From positions 558,001 to 622,000 of the forward strand of contig JAPETS010000018.1 of assembly GCA_026023565.1 (NCBI GenBank): a DNA stretch of 64,000 nt. Direction: 5' to 3'. Positions 48,096 through 62,660 of this stretch are shown one piece after another. Numbering within the stretch: position 1 is the stretch's first letter; each line of letters begins with the position of its first letter. Below the pieces are notes generated by a model. The model did no database searches. It had not been told where the DNA came from and worked only from the letters and a program-made list of their open reading frames with translations. A program made the position numbers and the translations under genes. Source of the DNA: Cirrosporium novae-zelandiae. Its lineage: Eukaryota.

Positions 48096-48365
48096 TCATC
48101 CAGAGCTGACTGGAGGTATTATGGCTACCTCATCACCACCCTTAATAATGGTAGATGTTTGAGATTCTGAATTTTCCTCGACATCCACATATTCCAGGTT
48201 GATCGTGACAAGACAGCTGCTGAGTATTTTCTGCTTCATTCCTGGGTATCTCTCGTCTAGAATCTCAAAAAGTTTGGAAAGAGGCACAGGTGCGTCAAAA
48301 TCCTCTTGTTGCTTCTTTGTGTAGGACGATGCATTCGCAAAGTATAAGAGTCTAAATTTGCCCAT
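48096..48365 (-). CDS. cnxG: Molybdopterin synthase sulfur-carrier small subunit (MoaD/MOCS2A)
   Basis: 89-aa ubiquitin-like ThiS/MoaD protein: FRLLYFA...GDEVAIIPPVSSG. Confidence 0.9.
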   Translation of the reverse strand: MGKFRLLYFANASSYTKKQQEDFDAPVPLSKLFEILDERYPGMKQKILSSCLVTINLEYVDVEENSESQTSTIIKGGDEVAIIPPVSSG

Positions 48366-48852
48366 GGCATAAGAAACCCGACTTCGAAGTGTGTTTTTCT
48401 ACCGTTTGTAATGGCTACGATTAGCATATGTAGGTGTAAAGCAAGAGTATCAGAAGTTCATAGAGAGTGCAAAGGGGAGATTCGAACGATACATGCGAGT
48501 TATCTTATCATCCATGTCATCATCATAATGCAAAGTAATTAAAAATAATAATGAAAGGATGCGTCATACTTACTTGAGAAAATAATCCTTGATTGTACTT
48601 TCGAAAGTAATATAGAAGAACTACCTTAGAATAGACTTCATCTGTGGGATGTCATTGATTGTTTAAGTTCTTATCTGCCGGCGGCCATTTCGGATAACCA
48701 GTCAGAATGCTTCCGCACAGCACAGGAAAATTGTTAAACCTTGGTTACGACAAGGGTAGCTCTACCTAGGATAATTTTTTCAAACTCCGGCCATGTTCTT
48801 CTGACCTTGTTAGGTTTTATATTAACTTGAAAGTTCAAGTTACAAAGCGATA

Positions 48853-51800
48853 ATGTTACGACGCTCAAGGGGGACGTCTCGACCTAACGTATTATCAACG
48901 TCACTTGCCCAGCGGCAAGTTTGCCCGTTGTGCGCCTTTAAATTAATTTTATATCCTTATTCGAGGCCGTTCTCTGGTGGTGACTACAAGAGGTTCAACA
49001 ACGGTCTAGAAATTGATGGAAAAGATGTCACCAAGTATGTTCTGGTTGTAATGATTATAGAATTCTGTTCGTTTTTGACCAAAGCAGATATACCAATCCG
49101 CGGCGGGCCAGGAACCTCGACACATTTGATAATTTCGAGTATCAGCCCATCCCTTCGCAAGCTAAACGGACCTCTCTTCTAAAGAAAAGCCATACCTTGA
49201 ATATTAATAGAAATGGAATACAACCCAAGGTGGCTTTACTTCACCCTTTAAGCGGGAAACATGACCTCCATCCCTCATTGGGTCGCGGAGAGATACGTCG
49301 CTATAAGAACACGCAGGCAATTGTGAGCCCATCATAGGTTAATGCTTCTAAATATGACACTCATATGAACTAGGAACATGAAAGTCAATCGACAACCGAA
49401 AATCTCGGGGAAAAACCAGCAGGTCAGACGATATCCAATATCCGAGATCGTCTAAGACAATGGGAACGAGACCAGCCAGTAGGATTGGACGCCGAACTCT
49501 TTAGAGATCGGCCAGATCTTCCGGAGAACCGCCATCAATCGTTGATTATCAATGACCCTGGCTACAGTCTAGAATCTTTTGCCGCTTTTAGGGACGAGGA
49601 TATTGATCTAGAAGAAGAATTACTGCAAAAAGTTGATGGAGATATGGAGATAGATACCGAGTCCCTTCAACGAGGTGATTTGGTCGAATTAACGTAAGGG
49701 ATCTATAGCATTGCACTTTGAGAACTGGGCGCTGATTGGGTCATTATAGAAATCGCAAAACATCCCTAGGCTCCCCGATGGCAATTTACGTTCGCGATAT
49801 GGGAACCTTATCACAGTTCTACACAATGACTGGAGACTGGACCTATGAGTATCAGAAGACTGCCCGCTTTGTGGTACCCAAGTTCGTTCCGGAGCACATG
49901 TTAGATGAAATTGAAAAGTACTTTCCTACTTCAGAAATCCCTCCAGAACTCTACGACTCCATGCAATCAGTTGATGTTTCTGTTCCACGTTTGGTTGGAA
50001 GACCGGTTTTAGCCATGATGGTAGAATTCATGCAAAAATCTCATTATTTCGCTGGACAACATGCTACGCAATTGGATCATATACACGACATAGTCGCGGA
50101 TGAGCAAGATTATAAGAAGATGACAGTTGATGACATAGGCTTTGCGATTCTTGGAGAGGCATATCAGACCTTGAAGACGCAACCTCACGTGCGATATGCT
50201 ATTTTCCGAAAGGCATATGAAGCAGAATACGAGTTTGCGGACCTGCGATTCGGTCCCTGTTCATCATTCCGCTTTCTTGTAAGACCAAAAAGTCGCGTCA
50301 GAATCATCAATGCCGTTCAAGACTTGGTTAGAGAATACCAGGAACGCACATCGAATGCGATCGGAAAAGAAAAACACCATTCAAATTCAATTGGTGGGAA
50401 CACGATGGATTTATTCATTTCCAAAGCTCGTGAATTGATTGAAAAAAGCCGCAAAATGCGCGTTCCAACATTAACAGGTGCTTTAGGTCCAACGATTAAA
50501 AGTCTTTCTCCTAGTGAAAACAAGGGACCGATGTTGTTTAAGAAAATTCCAGGGGGAGAGTGGTCGAGTCAAGAGCAGATGATAATTTCGTTTATGCTTT
50601 CATGGACTTTGTGCACTACGACGTGGCCTCGATATAGTCACTTGAGCTCCATTGGTGCAATGATACTTAATGCTGTAGGAGCTTATCAAGGTTATCCGCT
50701 GAATAATCAGACTGCACTCCTATTCCTGCAGGAGGTTGGTGCCGTTCCTCCATGGTGCAACTTGGTTGGAGCTTATGAATATCATCCCGCACTTGGGGGT
50801 ATCTCAAAGGAGCAGCGTGTGCATGAACTAAATGCTATGAATCAAAGTCAGCCCGAAATACGGGATTCCCTGAAGACCCTGCGGCATGATTTCAAAGACC
50901 TCGAAGTTTTCTGCATTGACGATATCACTGCACGAGAGATTGATGATGGTATATCGGTAGAAAGGATTCCAGGGTCTGATGAATACTGGGTTCATGTCCA
51001 CGTAGCCAATCCAGCTGCTTTTATTGAACCTCATTCTCCTATTTCAGAATTTGCCGAGAACATGGTAGAGACCGTTTATTTTCCAGAAAATGTTCGCACT
51101 ATGCTACCCTATTCGATCAGGTCTCGGTGCAGTCTTGCGCCTGGTAGCCCAACTCTTTCCATCAGTATGAGAGTAAGCCGTGATGCAGAGCTCTTGCAAA
51201 CCGAGATAAGGCCCGGTATTATTAGGAATGTCACCTATATTTCACCGAATACAGTTTCTAAACTTCTACACCATAGAGACGAGGTATCAAACGTATATAC
51301 CCTTACTGTTGGTGGTGATCTTCCAACTCCACATCGAGATGGCATTCAAACAGAATTATCTACCAAACAGAAAGACGCGATGCAAATCATACAAAACTTG
51401 GCTTCAGCATATGAAGAACGCCGGGAGATGCGAATACGTGAAGTTGTTGGGGATGCTCCCTTCAAAGTAGATACCCAAGGGCAATTGGATGTTTCAGTTC
51501 ATGCTGGCCAGTTTATGATCCCACTTACAAAATTTATCCGGCCTGAAATTTGGCATTATCAAGGGGATCCTATCATTCAATTAAGGTCTCAACAACAGTC
51601 TGTTGGCAATCCTCCACCAAGCATTGTGAAGAACATAATGGTTATGGCTGGTGAAGCGGCGGCCAAATGGTCCAACGCTCGGAATATTCCTATTGTCTAT
51701 CGTGGCACGGTGTATCGACACAGTAGTAACATTGGGTTTTCATCCTTTCCGGCAAAATCACGATCCTCTGCATATCCTCATTTGGGTCTTGGTATAGATG

Positions 51801-52285
51801 CTTTCACCAGAGTAACAAGCCCACTTCGACGCTATCAAGACTTGGTGACACATTGGCAAATTCAAGCTGCTATACTAGAAGAGCACAAAACTGGGAAGTC
51901 GCTTATTGACAACAACGAATCATCTTATTTATTCTTTTCAAGAAACGAACTAGACAAGATACTACCTATTCTAGATTTAACATCTAGGTTCTTAAGTTGG
52001 GCGAAGCGACGGGCTACAAAATATTGGGCAATGCATGCTATCCATCGAGCCTGGAAGTTTCATGAAGCGCCTTTGCCTTCTCCGATAACGGGTTTATTTC
52101 ATGAGCAGGTTTCTAACAATAAATATATCTGGCTAGATCAGTTTGGGGTGTTGGCACACGTGCTAGAACCTGAGCAGATGGAGTCTGGGGATCGCTGGGA
52201 GGTTGAAATCGAGAGCATTGGGTTTCAAGAGATGGCCATCTGTGTAAGATTGGTTCGGTGCTTATCGAAAGATAACCCTCGGTGA
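48853..52285 (+). CDS. cyt-4: Mitochondrial RNase II-family exoribonuclease (Cyt-4/Dss1)
   Basis: Probable exons 48853-49034, 49088-49322, 49374-49693, 49750-52285. Presequence with VCPLC, then IRDRLRQWE and RNB motifs CIDDITAREIDDGISVE, WVHVHVANP, RVTSPLRRYQDL. The 5' exons are less certain. Confidence 0.88.
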
Positions 52286-52840
52286 TGAACGATGGTTACG
52301 TCGTCAAGAAATAAACAAGGGAAAAGTTTAGGTGGTTAATGGGTGGAGGTCAGGGTATGCTAGTTATGGTGAAGGAACAGCTGCACTGGAAAAGGAATTT
52401 GTATGATTGATTACTAACCAGCAAGATTTGTATGTAGAGTATCCATAGATGAGTGTGGAAGTGAAGGGGTGGTCGAAGGTAGATAAATCGGGACTAGTAT
52501 CTGGCGTGCTGGGGGTGGCATACTTCTAGGCCCCTTAAAACAAGACATATCCAACTACGTCAACTACTATGTACACTATCAATGCGGCAGCGGATGCAAG
52601 ATGACCTTCCCGGGGGAATCGGAATGAGCGGAATTTTATTATCTTATTTTATATCTTAATTCGATAGTCCAATTACGTGGACTATCTATTGGATTGATTT
52701 TGAAAAACTAAGCAGCTGAAAAGCTGAGCTATGGCAGTCAAAAGGTAGGCGATAGAATATCAACGTTGGAGGTAGAGAAGGGCTTTGACGAGCAGCTGAT
52801 AGGGCCAACTAGGACCAACTAAAGACAGCACAGCACAAGG

Positions 52841-52878
52841 AAAACTTGATGAAAACTTGATGAAAACTTGATGAAAAA
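52841..52878. repeat. Short tandem repeat (AAAACTTGATG) x3
   Basis: Directly visible 11-bp unit repeated three times. Confidence 0.8.
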
Positions 52879-55239
52879 CTTTGACGAGACGTGCGAGACT
52901 ACAGGAACTCACATCTTCCATTCGAGTGCAACTTTGTGACTTGGTCTGTAACTGTATGTCTACGTCTACAGGCTACGGATGCATACCTATCTATATACAC
53001 TTGGAATTACTTTCCATCCACCGCATCTAACTACTTTTTACAAGGGCATAACAATGACCTAGTTGACTATGCAGATTGCAGATTGCAGATTACAGATGCA
53101 GATGGGTGCAGATGCATAGTTGTATCGCTCGACCCGCCATCCTGGTCTTTTTCCTGGATAGCTGCATCAAATATGCTGGGTACCATCATCCACCCGCCTT
53201 GGCTTGAATTTGGCTGAATGCTCGCCGACGAGAGACCCTAATAGACCCAACAAGGCCCACCAAGACCCTATATCCCTACGGCCTGCCGCCTCACCGCTCA
53301 CCTTGCTCTCTTTGGGAACAACGGCGCCCCAGCTCCCTCGGTGGCTCGTTTGTTTGTTGAGACAATATTAATTGTTGTGGCGAGGTTAACACTTGAGTTG
53401 AAAGTATCTGATTGATTTCCTTGTCCTTGCATACTCTCAAAATAGATGGCCAAGATGACCGATGGACTGACCATTATTTTTTGGCTCATTCTTGCTACAA
53501 AGTAATTCGGTCATTTATGAAGTGGGCAGAAGCAAGCACGCTGCAGAAATGGCAAGATACTTGATGGACGAGACATAAATGATCATACATCACGATATTA
53601 ATGCCATGGCATACTTCAATGCTCCGAAATGCAGTAGCTCCAGGGGTCCTGGACTTGAAAACTGACAACAGGCATTGTTGTACATCTACCGGTCCGGCCG
53701 ATGAAGGGTGAATACCATACAACGTCAAAAGTAATGAGGGATTGTTGGCATCATGACATGAATGCGTTTTACAAAGTATCGACTAAAAAAGTCCATCGGC
53801 AAGGAGCTCATTCTCTGGTATGTACCGAGGTACACTCCTTGCATGCTGAATAGGTACGAAATCGCCTAAATCAGAGGTATCCGGTACATCGAACCAAGGT
53901 AGGTTGCCCTGGTTTGAGCATCTACATATATAGGTTACGGAATATAGATGTGCTGTGTTGCTGCATGACTCGTGAGCAAAACTCCACGTGACAAGGAATA
54001 TTAGTTTATCAAGTCGTCTTTGGAGATTTTTCTCGAGTTTTTTGTTAGTTATCCGGCCTGCATTGGTTGCACGGCAGATCCCTTATAGATCTCTCATAGG
54101 TCCTTCATAGGCTTTTACACGCCCCCTCCAGAGATTCCTCATCAATCTCTCAGCTTGAGTGCCGACGTCGTATGTGGCTCTTCGCCCGTTCGAGACTTCC
54201 ACAGCAGGAGACCAATCAGATGCCGCAGCGACCCTTGTTTTTGGTCATAAGTTACACCCGAGACGCGAAAGCAATATTATGAACTTGGAGGATAGCTTAC
54301 TGTGGTAGAGGCCACTTTCCCTTTCCCACCCTTTGCTTAGTCTGCTTGCACAGGACAGTCAAAACGCCTACCTTAGTCCATGTAGGGGAGCATGGGACAT
54401 TCAAGTAAATCCAAGATGTGGAGTATGCTCATTATTCTCCTCCCCTGCTTCCAATCCCCCCTGGCTCCATGCCGGCAGTTTCCCGTCGATACGGAGGGTT
54501 AGTCCTGGTCAAATAACATGCACATTTCGAACAGGATAAGTTGATGAAAGTTGGAGGGTGAGCAGTGACCCTTCACATATGCACTCTATCAATCCTTACT
54601 GTGCCAGCTACGGCACCTTCATTTTGTCTTGGACGTGACAGTCCGAGAGATTATTCTGGCATTCTTCCTCGTTCTTCCCTGCAGCAGCCGCTCTCCATCC
54701 AATCCCTCCATCGGGTCAATCTAAACCTGGATGGGCACGCGGCTGATGCGTGCTGATGTTCTGTGATTGAGATCAAGACCAAGATAACCCCTCGTCAACC
54801 ATCCCAGATCCAGGTACTCACAAATCCCCATTGCACGGATCGTACCCAAAGATCGTCTTGATATGCACGGTTATCTACTTGTTGCGCCGTGTGACAATCC
54901 ACCATCCACTTCTGTTTCCCCATTTCAGAATGTTCCACACCAACTCCTTCATCAAGTCAACTGCTGCTCGCGTCTCCAACTGAAATATTTTGAACCATTT
55001 TTTCTCTTCTACCATGCTATTTGGCACTTTATCCAAACGCTTTGATCCGGTTACCTTGTTTTAATTTGGTGGCTACGTCAATTGGATATGCGATTCTTAT
55101 CATCGACGTTCCCTCAGTTCGATTGCCGGTACCCATGGTCGTCGACGCACATCTATTGAAATTCATTCAAAGTCCATTGAGACTTGTACATTGTATCCGG
55201 GTGTTTGGATATCCGCTCATCGGCCATAATATTTTTGAA

Positions 55240-57886
55240 ATGTCGCAGCCAAGCTCCGTCGCTACCGAGCAACACGATAGACCTTCGCGTCAAAAGCTCT
55301 CGTGTACTTCGTGTCATCAACGCAAAGTCAAAGTTAGCGATAGCTCTATAATATATCTTGTCGCTAGACCACACTAACCCTCCCTTCAGTGCGACCGAGT
55401 TAAGCCATGTCAAGCGTGTTGTGCTCGTGGTCGACCGTATGACTGTGCCTATACGAATGAGGAGATCCGACAACCCATCTCTCAAGCTCAAGAAATTCGA
55501 CGTCTGCGAAAAGTGATTCAAGAGTTAACAAGAGGAAAAATTGAACCCCAAGACCTAATTGATGGTTATATCAAACTTGAAGATGAGGACTTTGCGGATT
55601 CGCCAGGGAGTGCAGAAAGTCTGGCCGATCGCCAATTCTTTTCGGAAAAGCCTACTCGGTTAAAGCAGTGGAAATCAAAGATTCAGGAGCCAAGAGATAG
55701 TCTTTTTTTTGGAAGTCCAGGGATGGCTAGTATTGTTGATGATGTTGGTTCTCCTTGTCCTTTTTCCGATCGCCATTTACGTAGCTGATGTCGAAAGTTT
55801 GCAAAAGGAGCAGCCGGATCAAGGGCAGCCTCAATTACGCATGCTATACCTCGAGCGGTTGACATTTATGCGTACCCAGATGCCCCTTTGTATCCTTTCC
55901 CAACCTTTTGGAATGCCCAAGGAGGCATCGCGGAACTCTTACAATGTCTTCCCACCGAACAAGAAGTCCTTGGATATCTTCAAAATTATCAGACTCGCGC
56001 TCGGGCGTACTCTTTCCCGCACATGCCTGATGACACTACTGTAGAGGAAATTCAAAGGTTTTTGGCTAACTTGGAGGAAAACGCATCAAGAAATCCAGAT
56101 ATGCTGGCTTTAGTGTTTGTGACCATTGCGCTTGGTGTTCAGGAAGGGGCGTTTGACCGTGCAGGAAAAAAGTGGGTTGAGGGTGCAATGTCGAGAGATA
56201 GTTGGCGAGGAGATATATACAGTAAGTAAGTCTGCCCCTAAGAACCAAGATTCGAACCACCAACAGTTCATAGTCGCGGCCTCAATGCAAGCCCTCCGCC
56301 TCGCTTCTTTCACCAACCGTCCCACCCTTTTAGCCATCCAAACCCTGGTAATGATTTGCCCCTACCTCATCAATGCTGGCAAATTTCTCGACGCATGGGC
56401 CCTTTTCCATCTCCTCGTCGGTCTGGCGCATGGGATAGGCCTTCATAGAAATCCAAAACTCCTACACCCAAGCCCTCCTGCCGAAGTATGCGGCCTTCGC
56501 CAAACCCTTTGGTGGTGGATCTTGCACATGGACACGCAGATGGCTGCTACTCTTGGCCGACCTCTATGTATTTCTGGGGTTGGTGACTGTCCCCCTTACG
56601 AGCCATTGACCGCTGATGCTACAACATTGCGCGTGGGTACTTATATCAACCAATACACGATCCTTACTCGGCAGATCTTATCATCGGGCTCCCTATCTAA
56701 TGATAAAATAGACGAATTCACTGACAAATTACTGGAACTCCGAGATACCCTTCCCGACATCGTTTGCTTTTCAGAAACGTGGCTAGACATGGCAACCCCC
56801 CTCCCAAAGTGGCCATTCGATGCAATGGCCACCCTTTTCCACTGTAAAACTCACAACATGCTTATCCTCCTCAACCGCCAGCGCACCAGCCCATCCACAA
56901 ACGCCACCTCAACAGCCATGAACCCTAGCCCTCGCGCGCGTGGTCTCTCACTTGTTCTCTCCTCCTGCCGCTCCATCCTCCTCGCCTTTGATTTCCTTTA
57001 CCGGCGCGTGCCTGCAGCCTTGATCTGCTGGAGTTTGGGCCAACAAGCTTTTAATGCAGCCATGATCCTATTGCTTAGTATGATTGAAACAGGCGACCAA
57101 CGGGATCGGCAGGTTGTTGCGAGGGCGTATGATATTTTCTGCTACATGCACCGGTTTGGAATTAACAAGCTTGCATGCCTGGCTGTTGAGAAGATGAAAG
57201 ATCTCTGCAGGGGTTTAGAACAGAGTTCTTATTCCGAGACTGAGGAATCTCAGCTGAAAACTTGTGCGAAGGAGCCCGTGATGGGGCAGACGGGAATGAT
57301 TTTGCTTGAAGATCCTGGACTGCAAGGATTTGTGGGCGAGAACTTTACACCTATGAATGTGAAGATGGCTGCATCCAATTTAAGCCTCAACAGTGTGCCG
57401 ATGGGAGGTTGGGCGCAGGCTTCACCACATGCGCATTCACGGCATTCGGAATCATCATCTCCGATGATGGAGGAAAGATCGCCGCTAAAACGGAGAAGAG
57501 GTGAAGCATATCCAAGGCGACATCGACAATCATCCCTGATGGCAATGAAAGGTGAGTCTGTTAGTCCGGAGGAGCAAATGCACGAGTACACAATGGGAAT
57601 GGAAATTTGCCACGGTGATAACGAAAATTATCAACGACATCATCCTTCGGTTATGTTTGCGACGCCTAGAATAGCGCCTTATGGATATGCGCGATACCCG
57701 CAGAATCTCAGTCCAGCCGCGTTAAGTCCAGCCACGCGAGCTTCTCTTTCAGGACACTCAACACCTATATCTACGTCCGCAATCCCCATCTCACCACAAA
57801 TGCAACTTCCACACCAGACAACACCGTTGACACCACAGCATCCTCAAGCAGCGCAGTTTTATCACCACTGGGGGGCGGTTTCATGA
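55240..57886 (+). CDS. Zn(II)2Cys6 fungal transcription factor with Fungal_trans domain
   Basis: Exons about 55240-55332, 55390-55743, 55798-56221, 56274-57886. Binuclear cluster SCTSCHQRKVK|CDRVKPCQACCARGRPYDC. Middle region AHGIGLHRNP...RQTLWWWILHMD...LGRP. Confidence 0.9.
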
Positions 57887-58479
57887 GCTTTTAGACATAC
57901 AATCTACAAACTACTAAAATAAAAATGGGGAGGTGTACTGAACAGGCTTTGTTGCAGCGCTGATTGGAGCGCTGATTGGAGCGGCTGACTCATTACCTTA
58001 TAGAAACCAAATATGTTGTCATTCTTGGTGTGGTAGAATTTCTTTGAGCTTTGATTTAATTAGGGAAGGCTTTACGTCGAAATTCTGTTCCGCGTTGTCG
58101 CTACTTTTATTATTATAGCCACTATTTGTTGTCTTATGGATGTTACGGCTTTACAAGATTTGGATGACTGGATTCGTCGGACCTATGATTGGAAAGGGAC
58201 TGGATTTTTGGCTTCGGTGCTGCAAAATTGCAGCGAAATATGGCAGCGAGGCGTTGTATGGCCATCTGGATTTATTTCCCGTTACTTTTTTCATGGCTAC
58301 TTTCCCTTTGATTCCCTAACTAACCGATATAATTCAAGAATCGACATTCACCTTTTTCCTTTTCTTCTCGTTATCATAAGGGGCAGGCAGCCAGTCAAAA
58401 GTGATTTTTCTTTTTCCAAATGCTCGTCAAATCTATCTCTTTCTATTTATTGGACGTCTTGGTTTTTTCTTCTTCATTT

Positions 58480-61400
58480 TCGGGTTGGATACACATGATT
58501 TATTATTATTATTATTTTGCTATTCTCAGAGACAAGAACTGGTAGTACCTGATACGGAAAGCTGATCTTTGACGGAGAGTCCAAAAGAGCCCAAAAGAGC
58601 CCAGTAGAGCTCACAAGAGGTGTGGATTTCCCTCGAGTTGAAGAATGGGGGGGGGGGTTCATTACCCACTCACCTTTTCACACTTTGTCAAATTGCATAG
58701 GTAGTAGACCAATCCAATCCAATCCAATCAGTTAAGTAATTCTAAACCTGAGAAATTAAGAATGGCGAGGTTATCTACAGTATCTATTCGCCCCCAAAAC
58801 TACCTAAGTAAATGCAGCCAGGTAAGCAAGCAACAAGCAAGCAATGCATTTTGGAACCAGATCCGTTAAGGCATGCATACCGCATACAGTACCCCACCCC
58901 CCCGTAGCGGGAACAAAAGATTGCATTTGCAAGCCAACCCTCCGATTTAAGCTAATTACTCTGGCAGCAGCAACAGCAGCAGCATTGAAATGATCAAGGG
59001 AACAAACTCAGCCAGGGCATGCATATAATCGGATGTAGACAATTCAAGCCACACACACACACACACACACATAATTGCAATTCGTCGATTCGCCAATATG
59101 CACCCTCCCCCCTCCCCCCTTGTCCCCCCCTTGTGCCCTTCAAGTCGGACCAGAGAAACCAGAAACCAGTTCTACTCTTACTTACCACTTAACTACGCAT
59201 CTCCGCATGGAACCGCCAAGCCCTCCCCCCCTTTCACTTCACTTGTAAGCGAAAAAAAAGATGCGATGAAAGAAAGATGTCACAGCAGCACGGAGCACAG
59301 AACACAGAGACAAGAGACAAGATACGAGATTACAAGATTGCGGTTACGGTTGTGCAGATCAGCCGTTCGTTCGTTCGTTCGTTCTTTTCAAAACGGTGAA
59401 ACGGAACACACAACGCACAATGTACAACGCACAAACGCTCAATGACTTTGACTGGGACAAGATATTGAAAACCTGGTTTTCGGATCGGACTGTCGATCGT
59501 TTGACGTGATACTAGACAGATGGGTGCACAAGAAAATGGGGTTTGTGGTTTGTAGTTTTGTAAACTAGTTCAGTATTCCTTTTATGTTTTTTTTTGGGGG
59601 GGGGGGTTATGACTATGGCTCATGACATTTAATTACTTAGAATCAGAGAGACAAGAAAGTGTGTCAGTGGAGGATAGATATCTAGGGGGGGGGGTATCGG
59701 ATATATTTTAGTTTGTTAGAGATCGAGATGGAAGATGAGATGAAGATGTTTCGGGGAGTTCGGAAGGGAGGGCCCGGAGGGGGGGGGGGGTTAGAGTTGG
59801 GAAAGGGAGAAGGGAATGCGGAAGGGGGGGGCAAGGGTAGGGATAAGGGTGTATGTGATGTATGATTCACAGGTTTTATTTTATTTTCATTTTATTTATT
59901 GGTTCAAGTCAACTCTCGAACGTTTTTTTTAAGGGAAGGAGGAGGGGGGGAAGCAGGGCCGGCCACCAGTAGAGATGATTTTTAGCTCCACATTTTTTTT
60001 GTTTAAAACTACTACTAAAAAAAAAAACGGTTTACGAAATGAAATGAAAAATGGAACGGTAGAAACGGAATGGGAAGGGAAAAGGGGAGATTGCGATATG
60101 CCTAATTCATTCAACACGTGCATATATATGTAGACGTAAATGTGGAGGACCAATTACATTTATTACATTACGTTTTATTTCATTAAGTTAGTGGCTTTTT
60201 CTTGACACCTGCAATGATTTTTTTTTTTCTTTTTTAGAGATAAAGAGAAGGGGGAAGGATTGGGTATAGAAGATGAGAGGAGGGAGAGGGAGGGAGAGAA
60301 GGGGATTGGGTAAACTATTTGAGATTTCAAGAAAGAAGAAAAGGAGATTAGAGAGATAGAGATAGAAATAGAAATAGAGATTAGATAATTATAGAAGGAT
60401 AGATAGATAGAGAAGAAAGAGGGAGGTTTAGACATCATTCATCCATCCCTTCTTTTCTTCTCCTCTCCAAGACTTACTTGTCCATTCTATTCCATCCCTT
60501 CCTTTCAATCCCCCACCCTCATTCTTCCTTTTCCCCATCCATCCCTTCACTAATCCCACCTTTAACCCCCCCCCCTTTTTTCTCTCTCTCTCTTAGACTA
60601 TCAAACCATCATTTCCCCCTCCCCTCCCCTTGGTATTTTATTTTAATTCTCTCCCTCCGAATAATTTGAAATCTCAGCTAAACTATTCTGATTTAATTAC
60701 GAGAATTTAAATGAAATTACTTGTGAGTGGTGCATGTATGTATGTATGTATGTATAGATGGATAGTTAGAGGGATTTATTTAAAAAATTCCCTCTCTCTC
60801 TCTCTCTCTCTCTCTTTCTGCTTCAATTCTTATTTAGAGATGTCCTATTCAAATTGAAAGGTAAAAAGAGTGTTATTGTTGTTATATCCAAGAACCACCC
60901 ATATAGAAACCAAAACATAAAATTACAATACTCCCCATCTCTCTACCTACTGTAGTTTCCATTTATCAATTCATTTATCCATCCATCCAACTATGCCTAT
61001 CCCACAATACCAATAAAAATAAAAAATGAAGAGACCAAAGGGATAAAGGGGGAGTATACAAAGAAAAAGATAGATAATTAACCAAGTATTGGAATATGAC
61101 ACTCCTCTTCTTTATAGCAAGTAACTAACCAACAAAACGAATGAGATAGTGAGAATGGGAGAGTGTGAGTGAGTGAATGAGGGTGAGAAAGGGTAGCGGA
61201 AGTTGGGGGAAGTGGAAAGAGGAAGTGGAAGTGTGATATCAACCTCTCTCCTCTCTCCCCCTCTCCCTTATCCACACAAACACAAACACATACAACACAC
61301 AACATACAACATCCATATCTTTCTAAAAAAAAAATTCTCGGGTTAGAGCTTTTATTTCCCTTTCCTTCCCCTTCCTCTTTCCTTTCCCCCTCCTCCCCCC

Positions 61401-62600
61401 CTTTTTTTTCTTTTTCGTGTGTGTGTGTGTGTGTAGGAAGTGAGAGAGTGAAATAATAATAAGTAAATAAATAGAAAACCTTAGGTAAGTAGAATATATA
61501 TCCTTGTACTCTTATGTTAGCACGTTATCAAGTTATCAAGTTTCAGATAGAAATATATTTATTTATTTATTTTTTTCTATATAATAACTACTTACCTACT
61601 TACTTAGGTTATTTTTATCTACTGTCCACTATCATAACCACCTTCTCTCCTCTTTCCTTCTCTCTACCCCTTCCTCTCTACACACTTCTACTTTACCTTC
61701 CTGCCTCCCAACCCCCTTTTTTTCAATATCAAAAATCAAAAATCAAAATAATAAAAACCCATTCATCCGTCTTTTCTTCCTCCTTTCTTACATTTCTTTC
61801 TTTTTTTTTTTCGCATTTTCTATTTTTCTATTTTCTTTCCGCTTTTCTCCTCTCTCCCTAAGAGGAACTAACACTTAGGAACTCAGCACTATGGCATATA
61901 TATATATCTTTATCTTGGTCAATAAATGGATTTAGCATATCAAGGGGGGGAGTTTTGAAATTTTGAAATTTTATTCGGAAGTTTTGTTGAGAAATAAAGG
62001 GAGGTTGGTTTTCTGATGACTTTGGGATTAGGGGGATAAGGGAGAGGAGAAGGAGAAAGGCGGGAATTTGAATGAATGAATAAATGAGGAGTGTTGAATT
62101 ATCAAAAAAACCTAACTAATTGTCTGATTGATATTACTATGTTACTACGTTACTAACCAAACCTATATTATCCTATTGCGTAATATACATAATACATCAA
62201 CCATATATAAAACATATGGATGGCGCATACTACAAGACATAACTCCCCAAAGGGAAGGGGGGAAGGGGGGAAGGGATTAGGTCTAGTTAGAGGGGGGGTA
62301 TTTAGGAAGTAGGAAGTATAGATGGTGAATAGGCTTGATATAAAGTTAGTTTATTCAAGCAAGCAAGCAACGGAAAATTACTTTTTTTTTTTTTTTATAT
62401 TAGCTACTTATTTGTGGATGAGGGAGTTGTAAGTTAACTCGGTTCCAGAGGTTGTTATGAATCCTCACCACCAGTCAACTGGTAGTGATGTGGTTACAAA
62501 AAAAATCGATAGGACCTTCTGACAGAAGTATTGATAGATGATCTATTTTTTTTCTTTCCTTCTTTGTTTCTTCTCTAACCTATTCATCCATCTATTCAAT
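58480..62600. repeat. Long low-complexity intergenic tract between convergent genes
   Basis: (CA)n, (GT)n, (CT)n, (ATGT)n, (CCAAT)n, (CGTT)n, (GCAA)n, purine/pyrimidine blocks and homopolymers. The ORFs here are compositional artefacts. Confidence 0.8.
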
Positions 62601-62660
62601 ACCATTCACTCAATTTCCTCACCACCCCTGCTACTTACTCCTACCACTACTATTACTTCC

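Noticed and set aside
48096..48110. MoaD/MOCS2A ends in ...VSSG rather than the canonical Gly-Gly
   Set aside because: As I recall, filamentous ascomycete CnxG proteins normally end PPVSSG, and the terminal Gly is retained. Not unusual.
52841..52878. Short direct repeats considered as a CRISPR-like array (also CACTTCCA repeats at about 30638-30672)
   Set aside because: Head-to-tail minisatellites without spacers, in a eukaryotic genome.
53480..53900. Coding-looking stretch upstream of the Zn2Cys6 gene
   Set aside because: The minus-strand frames I translated are broken by stops and show no recognisable motif, so I cannot support a gene or pseudogene call.
58994..62600. Numerous 60-115 aa ORFs rich in Phe/Ser/Leu/Pro
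   Set aside because: Translations of microsatellite and pyrimidine tracts, with no domain features or splice structure.
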